A stretch of 64,000 bases of DNA from a virus, in IMG/VR virus record IMGVR_UViG_3300035135_002626; one strand, 5' to 3'. Positions 48,401 through 54,100 of this stretch are shown piece by piece; position 1 is the first letter of the stretch; each line of letters opens with the position of its first letter. A program made the position numbers and the translations under genes. The notes under the pieces were generated by a model that worked only from the letters and a program-made list of their open reading frames with translations, was not told where the DNA came from and ran no database searches.

Positions 48401-50827
48401 CTTGAACTTAACAGAACAGGTGTAACAGGCGATGTTATTAAAATTGACTTCAACGGTACACAACAAGGTACAATTGGAACTAACAGTACAAATGATGTTG
48501 TAATTACAAGTGACTTAGGTAATATTGAACTATTAGCAAATAATAACACAGTACTTACTATCAATGATACAGAAACAGTTATTGATGCACCACTAAAATT
48601 TAGTTCAACTGCAGGTAACACATTCTTATCAGTTGAAGGTTCAGTTGATGACGGAAAATCAATGTCGTTTACTGTAACAGAACCAACATTTAACAGAACA
48701 GTTACTTTCAAAGACGAAGATGGTACAGTTGCATTAGTAAGCGATATTCCAACTGACTTAACCGATTTAGGTATTGCAGATGGTACAATCAACCAAGTAC
48801 TTAAAACTGACGGTAACGGCAACTTTAGTTTCCAAAATGCTGCAGCAAAACCGATTGCAACAGCAGGTGATAACGCACCAAATGTTGGGGACGAAGTAGC
48901 AGGTGACTTGTGGTATAATACAACAGACGGTTCACTTTATGTTTACTATCAAGATGCTGATACATTACAATGGGCACAAGTTGTCAACCCGTTTGCACAA
49001 CTTAACTTGTTTGATTTAGAAGATATTACAGACGGAACTAACTTACAAGTTCTTACTACAGATGGCGCTGGTAATGCAACATTCCAAGATGTACCACGTG
49101 ATGTAAGTGATTTAACGGACAGCACAAGTTTACTAGACATTAATCTACACCTTTCAACTACAGGTGCTGATTTAATTAAAGCAACTAATGCAGGAAGTCA
49201 CGTACTTGAACTAAACAGAACCACTGATAAAGGTGAAATTATTCAACTTAAATCTCTAGGCATTCAGCAAGGTAGTATCAATATTGATGCAAATAATAAC
49301 ATTGTTATTGAAGCAGACAACCAATCAATTCAACTACTTGGTAATGAAGTACAAACAAACAATGCACTAAGAATTGGTACTGGTACTTTCTTACACGTTG
49401 AAGGTGCAACAGATGATGCATTTGAAACTTCGTTTGCAGTAGTAGATCCAACAGCAGATAATACTATCACATTTAAAGATGGAAGCGGCACAGTAGCATT
49501 TGTTGCAGACATTCCAACTAGTATTACTGACTTAGGTATTAGCGACGGTACAATCAACCAAGTACTTAAAACAGATGGTGCTGGTAACTTTAGTTTCCAA
49601 AACGCAGCAACGAAACCAACATCTTATGCAGGTGATAATGCTCCTAACGTTGGGGACGAAGTAGCAGGTGACTTGTGGTATAATACAACAGACGGTAGTT
49701 TATACGTACTTTATCAAGACGTCGACACACTACAGTGGACACAGGTTGTTAACCCATTTGCGCAGTTAGACTTGTTTGACTTAGAAGATATTACAGACGG
49801 AACAGCAAATCAAGTCCTAACAACTGATGGCGCAGGCAATGCAACATTCCAAGATGTACCACGTGATGTGAGTGAACTAACAGATACTACAAGTTTACTT
49901 GATATTAATTTACATCTTTCAACTACAGGTGCTGACTTGATTAAAGCAACTGTAGCAGGAAGTCACGTACTTGAACTAAACAGAACTACTGATACAGGTG
50001 AAATTATTCAACTTAAATCAGCAGGTGTACAGCAAGCAAATATAAGTATTGACAGCGGCAATAATCTTGTGTTACAAAGTACAAGTAATGCTATTAAGTT
50101 AGTAGGTACACAAGTTGAAACTGACAGTACTATTAGATTTACTGCAAGTGCGGCTAATACTATTATTGAAGTCGAAGGCACTACTGAAGATGCATTTGAA
50201 ACTTCAATTGTTGTAACAGAACCTACTGCAGACAGAACAGTTACATTTAAAGACGAGTCGGGTACTGTTGCTCTAATAAGTGATATTCCAACTACTCTTA
50301 CTGATATTGGTATTACAGACGGAACACTTAACCAAATATTATCAACAGATGGTGCTGGTAACTTCTCGTTTGTTAATAATGCCGGTATTAGTATGCAGTT
50401 CTCAGACACTGCTCCAGCAATTGTTGGAAGACAGCCAGGCGACTTGTGGTATCATACTAGCGATGGTAGTATGTACGTTCTCTTTGAGGATGTAGATTCT
50501 ACACAATGGGTTCAAATTATTAACCCTAATGCAGACGGATGGGTAGAACTTACTGGTAGTACTACACTACCAGCCTCTGGTGGTAATTTCTTTGTTGATA
50601 CATCAGGTGGTGCACTAACTATATCGTTACCTGCTAATCCGACTATGGGTACAAAAGTACACTTAATTGACGGATCCGGAAATGCAGGAACAAATAATAT
50701 TACAGTTGCACGTAATAACAAAAATATTGAAGGTGTAGCAAATGATGTTATTATGAACTATAACAGGGCTACAATAACACTAGTTTATTACAATGCAACA
50801 AACGGATGGGTATTACACGAAAAATAA
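33404..50827 (+). CDS. giant (5807 aa) repetitive acidic tail-fibre/scaffold protein
   Basis: Uninterrupted 17.4-kb ORF with ~21 PxxPxxGDLW-type knobs, many 'DLxDVDxT..PxxGxxLxWD' and 'TDDLxEGxxNLYYTDAR' shaft repeats, four cupredoxin-like domains, one SPRY-like insert, four tandem C-terminal units and a terminal domain shared with the 590 ORF. Confidence 0.85.
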   Translation: MSINRKLSKLANIIDDATQNQYLVADGSGELVFGDLTVSLIDGTNTTITKSTDPVTTLRFDTDSGFDLDDLGGGAVKIKMNSTFKTWEVPGQQDLVASGLDTIKIIPGSGLAITTNPSASPQEITFSSTLTDTDGLLEGSTNLYYTDARVDTHLGSGNVLDIVVRDISARDVTISGDLNVAGTTTTVNQTTLTVNDSKIFLADGNNADVIDSGIILNYNDGTNKTAGVFRDASDGVFNFYHEYTPNVGTTLDTAHSSYSLAKIKADEFVGSLDWNNIYNKDDVTFTSVEVVDLLVTGTQTINNTTNVSTINPFILLNDNPSTNVDTGVVGKYDIGGTDYVGGYFRDVSDGGKFKFFEGSTQTFTDSSTVDVNATGFTLATVVADTFEGSLDWSNVTNAPSIPSFLNDLSDVDTTTNAPADGQTIIWDAANSIFIPGDSFNQTDFDAAIALKSIDVLADVDTTSNAANNGDALVWDGSNWVPGNATANVTISTTAPSNPELGDVWLDEATLDMFVYYPDTNGNIWVQVNNLDTPTELNDLTDVDLVTNAPADGEALVWDAANSVFVPQAPFSQTDFDTAFAAKDTDDLSEGTTNLYYTDARVNTFLGGGTAGNIITTGYIAGPANFTIDPAAIGDDTGTLIVAGNLTVQGTTTTVNSNVVEIGDSIITLNSDETGVPSQNGGIEIERGTSANVQLRYNETSDKWEFTNDGTTYTELGTAGTFTGTTDDVTEGSTNLYFTDARADARADVRIAAASIDALSDVDTTSNAASNGDALVWDGANWVPQAPFSQADFDTAFALKSIDDLSDVDTTTAAPSTGDALVWDGSNFVPGNAVANVSISATAPSNPEIGDVWLDEATLDMYVYYPDTNGNIWVQVNNLDTPTELNDLTDVDLVSNAPSAGQALVWDAANSVFIPGDSFSQTDFDAAFAAKDTDDLSEGTTNLYYTDTRFDNRLATKTTTDLAEGTNLYYTDARVTTRINNTSIDALQDVDTSSVVPSNGEALVWNGSEWAPGTVTSFSETLTTLSIGSNILSYVDENGATTNIDLSLYLDDTNLARLTSGSLNSSTGVATFTRDDASVFTVDFSSLINLNVDAVVTVSGGNFYIDGEQQATISLEPGRTYKFNQDDSSNSTHPLRFSTTEDGTHGGGVEYTTGVTAIGTPGSSVSYTEITVTQSTPTLYYYCANHSGMGGKVAVGNAFDTDELVEGSNNLYFTDARADARIAAASVGDLNDVDITTTTPSDNSVLVWDSTLSKFVSGFSSSVNLSSTVPSNPSEGDLWLNNATMNLYVWYTDSDSSQWVHINPYSEAVRANIGSTPPANPDNGDLWVDETNLDFYIYNGTAWAQLNQSNIPTEISDLVDVNAAGVVDGQVLVYDLATSTFIPGDAFSQADFDTAFGAKSIDALSDVDTTSATPNSGQALVWDGANWAPGTVSAGNFTETTTTLTGDSVNQKLVYTDEAGTANDIDLSWAVDDTNLARITSGTLDNITGIATFTRDDATTFTVDFSALFDDTNTYLSTLAFDTGTGVLTGTLSDSTAITVDLDGRYLETLGSIDGHTDVDITTTAPTDGQALVWDNANSKFVPGDSFSQTDFDNAFALKSVDALSDVDTTSAAPTSGDALVWDGANWVPGNATANVTISATAPSNPELGDVWLDEATLDMYIYYPDTNGNIWVQVNNLDTPTELNDLTDVDLVSNAPTNGQALIWDNANSVFVPGDSFSQADFDTAFTAKSTDDLSEGSVNLYYTDTRADARIAAASIDALSDVDTTSAAPAVGEVLRWDGSNFVPGSVNALETLTTLTADSVNQRLQYTDEAGTVNNIDLSWTVDDTNLARITSGSLNGSTGIATFTRDDATTFTVDFSPFFDDTNLARITSGTVNAGTLTLTRDDASTIAIDVSSLIDIDSTALVTVSGVGINSIDFSTMNAAGFSGGVNTFAFSYTGYAGGGYSGPAGVMELGRKYLEVEFTTLSRGAIGINGTNVDLSSGNVGGVASNMSGFTVGDVLGIVYDTTTREVYYSKNGANWSPTDPNTGAGYSISGNSGDIVQFDFRNTSGSQGSTFHGDLNTGAITYPLAHAIPAGTTPYSGTGTAQFLIDGAPAATVSFEPGRTYIFDQSDATNLGHPLRLSETEDGTHNSGSEYTIGVTTVGSPGTTGSYTQIEVFQSTPTLYYYCSNHSGMGGGVAVGNVLNVGDLADVDTTSNAPTDGQALVWDNATSTWIPGDSFSQTDFDTAFGNKSIDSLSDVDTTTTTPASGDTLVWDGANFVPGNAAANVTVSTTAPTSPEEGDLWYDEDYGDLFVYVTDGSGTSQWVAVVDSQLPAALTISSTPPANPNEGDLWVDEDDMQLYTYYIDANSAQWVQITPEYAVAISTISATQPTNGYEGELWYDTANSLMYVYDGTTWQQVGSAINNIGDLGDVDTSTVAPTNGQVLIWNSTTSLFEPGTIQGYSGTDFDTDFAAKTTDDLTEGSTNLYYTDARVDSFLGGGTAGNIITTGYLAGPATFTIDPAGIGDNTGTVVIAGNLQVDGTTTTINSTTVEVDDLNLTLGSGATNAAAANGGGITLDLGTDGTATFTYNSTTDTWDANKTINANVTGQVTDISNFTTDDLAEGSTNLYYTDARVQAVSINEVVEDTTPTLGGNLDAGTFNITNISADGYSLPTADGTNRQVIMTDGSGTLSFEDLDTIHTEATNQTGSTILKGTPVYQTGTSGNAMTIAPADASSASTMPAVGVLEQDLASGATGFVIHMGQISGVDTSTFSEGDTIYVAVGGGYTNVAPTGESNLLQNLGRVTKVHATNGGGVIMGAGRTNAVPNLNDGNIFIGNASNQAVTAALTIDLLGDVDTTTTAPVSGDTLVWNGTNFVPGNSVANLTISTTAPSNPDLGDMWLDEATLDMFVYYPDTNGNIWVQVNNLDTPTELNDLTDVDLVTNAPADGEALVWDAATSTFVPGVTFSQTDFDTAFGNKSIDALSDVDTTSNAASNGDALVWDGANWVPQAPFSQTDFDTAFAAKDTDDLSEGTTNLYYTDARVDSYVSGGSLSNIVTTGYIRGPSSFTIDPAGHGDNTGTVVIAGNLQVDGVTTAINSTTINVDDKNLELGNGSTSAANSNGGGITLELGTDGLATILYNSATDTWDFNKDITATVTGTVSDISNHSIDGLSDVDTTTSAPVSGDTLVWNGSNFVPGNSVANLTISTTAPSNPDLGDMWLDEATLDMFVYYPDTNGNIWVQVNNLDTPTELNDLTDVDLVSNAPADGQALIWDNANSVFVPGDSFSQADFDTAFGNKSIDALSDVDTTSVAPTSGDTLIWDGANFVPADPGGRVTLSASTPSPAITGDLWIDSANLDTYAYDGANWAQINQSNLVTEISDLIDVNAAGIADGQVLVYDNATSTFIPGTAFSQTDFDTAFALKSIGGLSDVDITTTAPTDGQVLIWDNANSEFIPGTIQGYASGDFDTDFATKTTDDLTEGSTNLYYTDTRVNTFLGNGTAGNIITTGYLRGPASFVIDPAAHGDNTGTVVIAGNLQVDGVTTQINSTTLTVDDLNIVMGSGATNASAANGGGITLDLGSDGLATIQYASATDTWNFNKDITANISGTVNDISNHSIDGLSDVDTTSAAPTSGDSLVWDGSNFVPGKGIANVSISATAPSNPALGDVWLDEATLDMYVYYPDTNGNIWVQVNNLDTPTELNDLTDVDLVTNTPTDGQALIWDNANSVFVPGDSFSQADFDTAFTAKSTDDLSEGSTNLYYTDTRADARIAAASINALSDVDTASVAPTDGQTLIWDNANSVWEPGTITGYTDADVTAHLLSFDGSIIPDTNIAYDLGSTSAAWRDVYIGPGSLYMNNTQVLSEDAVTQGVKLAGTTNQHVHLVTHGTGETTLETSADMVLTAHSNADITLNTSNGHIVLNGNVVMQGKFVTQYPVVTVAGGVFVVDGASQPVLSLEPGRTYRFDQSDATNTTHPFRFSTTPNGTHNSGVNYTTGVTEVGTPGTAGAYTEIEVDYATPTLYYYCGNHSGMGSSAAVGNIPNDITTTAPTDGQALVWDATQGIFVPGDSFSQTDFDTAFGLKSISDLSDVDTTGAADNSVLVWDATLGIYAPGFSSSVNLSSTVPSNPSEGDLWLNNNTMNLYVYYTDSDSSQWVHINPYSEAVRANIGATPPANPDNGDLWVDESNLDFYIYTGTAWAQLNQSNIPSELSDLIDVTTGTPTDGQALVWDAATSQWIAGESFSQTDFDSAIASVSIDDLSDVDTTTNAPVDGQSLIWDNANSKFIPGDSFSQSDFDTAYAAKIAADTTFGANVIVTGNLQVDGTTTTINSTTLTVDDLNITLGSGAADAASANNGGITLDLGSDGFATIVYNAVDDTWDFNKTIGGTINDISNHSIGGLSDVDITTTAPSSNHQILKWNGSEFVIGDITVIGAVAPVSPDTGQLWFDTSDQYNLTMKIWDGSVWQIAGGGSGAVEVSATAPAGPRDGDLWIEDATMNLYVYYEDVDSGQWIQINNNPSLASQGIRANVEVGPTAPFANLTAGDLWYNSDDGSMYVYYEDVDTSQWVQVVNPFAQLSLFDLEDVTDGTANQVLTTDGAGNATFQDVPRDVSELTDSTSLLDINLHLRTTGADLVKATNAGSHVLELDRTTDTGEIIQLKSLGVQQGSINIDANNNIVIEADNQDVILTGAEVQTNSAIRFNVPTVGTTTFNVTVASGTNDYGTGNKYYIEGYTDVSPTLTLLEGQTYRFDQSDASNATHQLLISSTANGTWGGGVEYTTGVTKVGTAGSAGAYTEITVPVGVPTLYYYCVNHSGMGGQANTILGNAILHVEGPVTDAYETSLIITNPTQDRAVTFKDESGTVALVSDIPTSITDLGIVDGTLNQVLKTDGNGNFTFQNAQERPTAYASDTAPVVGDEKPGDLWYNTTDGSLYVLFEDVDTEQWVQVVNPFAQLSLFDLEDITDGTANQVLTTDGAGNATFQDVPRDIGDLTDTTSLLDINLHLRTTGADLIKSAVNSSHLLELNRTGVTGDVIKIDFNGTQQGTIGTNSTNDVVITSDLGNIELLANNNTVLTINDTETVIDAPLKFSSTAGNTFLSVEGSVDDGKSMSFTVTEPTFNRTVTFKDEDGTVALVSDIPTDLTDLGIADGTINQVLKTDGNGNFSFQNAAAKPIATAGDNAPNVGDEVAGDLWYNTTDGSLYVYYQDADTLQWAQVVNPFAQLNLFDLEDITDGTNLQVLTTDGAGNATFQDVPRDVSDLTDSTSLLDINLHLSTTGADLIKATNAGSHVLELNRTTDKGEIIQLKSLGIQQGSINIDANNNIVIEADNQSIQLLGNEVQTNNALRIGTGTFLHVEGATDDAFETSFAVVDPTADNTITFKDGSGTVAFVADIPTSITDLGISDGTINQVLKTDGAGNFSFQNAATKPTSYAGDNAPNVGDEVAGDLWYNTTDGSLYVLYQDVDTLQWTQVVNPFAQLDLFDLEDITDGTANQVLTTDGAGNATFQDVPRDVSELTDTTSLLDINLHLSTTGADLIKATVAGSHVLELNRTTDTGEIIQLKSAGVQQANISIDSGNNLVLQSTSNAIKLVGTQVETDSTIRFTASAANTIIEVEGTTEDAFETSIVVTEPTADRTVTFKDESGTVALISDIPTTLTDIGITDGTLNQILSTDGAGNFSFVNNAGISMQFSDTAPAIVGRQPGDLWYHTSDGSMYVLFEDVDSTQWVQIINPNADGWVELTGSTTLPASGGNFFVDTSGGALTISLPANPTMGTKVHLIDGSGNAGTNNITVARNNKNIEGVANDVIMNYNRATITLVYYNATNGWVLHEK
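35696..35766 (+). repeat. 71-nt perfect direct repeat, copy 1 (copy 2 at 42320-42390)
   Basis: AGTAATGCAGCAAGTAATGGAGATGCACTTGTATGGGATGGAGCCAACTGGGTTCCACAAGCACCATTTAG is identical at both positions (compared by hand). Confidence 0.85.
42320..42390 (+). repeat. 71-nt perfect direct repeat, copy 2
   Basis: Identical to 35696-35766. Confidence 0.85.
48884..48931 (+). repeat. 48-nt perfect direct repeat (second copy 49649-49696)
   Basis: GTTGGGGACGAAGTAGCAGGTGACTTGTGGTATAATACAACAGACGGT occurs in two tandem C-terminal units of the giant gene. Confidence 0.8.
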
Positions 50828-50905
50828 AAGAAGACATTATAGTGCCTACTGCAAGATCTACCGCCAAAGAGTTAATTAGAACTTCATCTTAATATTCTTT
50901 CCGTG

Positions 50906-50912
50906 ATAAATA
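50906..50912 (+). promoter_or_regulatory. T4-like late promoter box ATAAATA
   Basis: Intergenic, 24 nt before ATG 50937; GGAG SD follows. Confidence 0.65.
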
Positions 50913-50936
50913 CTTTTAATAAAACGGAGAGCAAGC

Positions 50937-51122
50937 ATGGCATTTAATTTTCCAGCAAACCCATCAAATGGTGATACATACAGTTTAAACGGTATTACAT
51001 ATGTATATCGTACTTCTACCGGTGCGTGGGAGGTTGCAACAAATATTAATACCACAGAATTAGATGCAGACCTTGCATCAAAAAAATTAGCAGTAGCATA
51101 TGCAATTGCACTTGGAGGATAA
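50937..51122 (+). CDS. 61-aa mini-protein: FP module plus hydrophobic C-terminal helix
   Basis: MAFNFPANPSNGDTYSLNGITYVYRTSTGAWEV...LASKKLAVAYAIALGG*. Confidence 0.8.
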   Translation: MAFNFPANPSNGDTYSLNGITYVYRTSTGAWEVATNINTTELDADLASKKLAVAYAIALGG

Positions 51123-51128
51123 CTTAAT

Positions 51129-54100
51129 ATGGCTAAGAAACTTATAAATTACGGATACACGTTTAATGTGTCTGCAGGTACAATTGTTATCAAGGGATAT
51201 CTAAAATTAGATGATATCTTTCTGATTACAAATGTAACAACGAATGATATTATTTACAACTTTGCTGATCCAGCAGCTGGTGGTACAGTCACTTGGGATA
51301 GTGTAGCAGAAGAAATTACACTAAACCTAGATATGGATGTTAATGCACTAGGCACTATGGCAGATACAGACCGTTTACAAATCATTGTAGACGAAGGTAA
51401 TGCTAAGATGGATATTGATGATTCATTCTTAGATCCAGTGCATAAAATTCGTGTTAGTATGCCAGAAAACCTAATTGACACTGACTTTGAATACGGTCTA
51501 CAGCCAACTAAGTGGGAAACACTTGAACTATCTAATAACGTTCCTTCATTTTACATCTCAGACGGGGATTTAGCCATTGCCGATGTTTTGAGTATAAATG
51601 CAGTTGACGGTTCGAGAATTGTTACTGTTATCACAAGTGAAGATCACTCGTTACCAATTGGTACTCCAATTGACGTCCAAGGTCTTGCAAGTAGAACAGC
51701 AGAAGGTAAATTCCTAATTGCTAGTGTTCCAACTACAACTAGTTTTACATTTAGAGCAAATGCTGCACAAAAAATAACAGGTAATATTGGTAACATTTAT
51801 TCTACAGTTACTCCAGGTACATTCTATACAGGTTCTCAAATTCCATTTGATCCTGCAGCAGGTGTTGTTACTGACCAAGCCGAACCGAGTACAATTACAG
51901 TTACTACATCAGATCCACATGGGTTCGTTGCTGGAAACCAATTCTACTTGTTAAACAGTATTGGTGGTAAATCTGTTAAATTTGAATATATAACAACAGA
52001 TACTGCTCCAGACGGACGTCCATATGTAGATGAAGTCGAAACACTTTCATTTAGTGTTAGTCCAGATTTAACAAAAACTGAAACAAAACAATATAAGTCT
52101 CGTTGGAGTACAAAGTTTGATAGTACGCAAGTTAATACAACTACTAACACTATTCAATGGACAAATCACCAACTTAGAGACAACGATACTGTTTTCTATA
52201 TGCCACCTACTTCGGATGAATCAATCGGCGGCTTAGGTACATTTTTTCCATACTATATTAAAAAAGTAGATGACAATAATGTTCAGTTAACATCTACTTA
52301 TAATGGATCTGCAATTAGTTTTAGTAGTGCAGGTACCAGTTACTTTGGTAAACACTCACTACACTTAGTATACGAAATTAAATATAACTATTCACCTTAT
52401 CGTAATAGTTACAATAGACACTATCCTAGATATGCTTATAACAGCACAGGTTCGGGTTGGGACTTGAACCAAACATTTAATGGCGGTAGAGGGCTAGGCC
52501 ATCAAAGCGGACAAACTGTATTTTGGGTTCCTTTCGCAAGAAACAGCCCCAGTAGTTATTGGTTAATGTTTTACTATGTAAGTAGTAGTTATTCATATTC
52601 ACCTTACTCAAGTAGTAACTTCCAATTCTATTCAAGTAGTGGTATAAATCAAGCAAACAGATTTAATATCTTTGAAGACTTCACTCGATTTAGTACTAAT
52701 AGTTGGACAAGTTATTTCTTCTTGTCAGGGAATCAGATTTATACACAAAAATATTACTGGTACGGAACTTATAACTATTATCCAAGTGATTTGTATGAAT
52801 TCTTTGTTCCGATGGTCGAAGACGCAGAAGGTGATTCGTTCTATATCGAAGACCATGGATTAACAACAGGCGATCAAATTACAATTACTACCAACAGTGG
52901 AACATATGGTGGATACAGTGGTGTAAACAGTATGTTAAGACACCAAGGTAATACAAGTCCTACCAACACAACTAATTTAACTACACTTCCAGATGCTACA
53001 TATAGTGTTGATGTTATATCCGAAGATAGATTTAAACTATCCGGTGTTAGACTATCTGAAGCAAAAGGTCAGTATACATTTGTTGGTGAAAAGCGTAACG
53101 CACTTGCAAACACATTCTACTTAGAAAATCATGGATTGATTAGTGGTACAGACGTTACTGTTACAGAAATAAATGGCGGTACACTTCCAACATCAACATC
53201 AGGTCAAATTTTACCAAATTCTTCATCTGGACCTGAAGGTACTAACGTAAACAGTTGGAGTGTTTTGAACAATAGTATCAACACATACTTAACTGCAAAC
53301 ACTGCAGGTTTACAAAACATGGTTACTGCAACAAACAGAAATTCAACACGTGTGTTTAACAGCGGTGTAAGTAGTGGGAACTCTGCAATGAGTTACTATG
53401 ATTTGTATTATACAACTAATACAGTATGGTATAGTAACTATGGTTCACTAAACCCACCGTCAAGTACACTATATGTTGGAAACTTTAGTAGTACAAGACC
53501 ATATAACATTCTACAAGGTACTAACCTAGCAGACAGAAACAACATGATGGTTGCTACAGATTGGGAGCCTAACTCAACACTACCTTATTACTTCTGGACA
53601 CGTGAATCGGCAAGAGCTAATAGTAGCGAATACTGGTATGGATACTTACGTGATGGATTTGGATTACCATCACCTGGTAGTATGCAAGTTAGTAGTACTA
53701 GTAATAACCGAAATAACACAATCGGCGGCAATGACTATAGATGGTCAACTACATACTTTAAACATGTTTATAGTGGCGCAAACGCACTTTGTTATATGAA
53801 CGGCCATTTCTTTAATAACTCCGATTGGAATATATATAATTCAAATACAGGTATGACAAGACAAACCAATAACAATACATATTTCTATAGTTATTGGAGT
53901 GGTAACTATTACTGGAGAGACGTGATCGAATTTGGTCTAGTTTGGATGATAGATGACGCTGATACTGCATTTAATAGTAATACAGATTTTGATAACTTAA
54001 TGGTTCAAATGTTAACAGACTTTGATGCAGGTTATATCTATCCAAACTTAGTTGCAGGAAATTCATACACTGCAAATGCTATTACTGATAACAGAATTGC

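Noticed and set aside
33404-50827. CRISPR array or non-coding tandem repeat
   Set aside because: The repeats are in-frame coding units with synonymous variation and irregular long spacing; there is no repeat-spacer periodicity.
50828-50905. Terminator, antisense promoter or small RNA in the longest intergenic gap
   Set aside because: No GC-rich hairpin with a U-tract. The minus-strand TATAAT has no matching -35 at 16-18 nt, and only weak 5-bp stems can be drawn.
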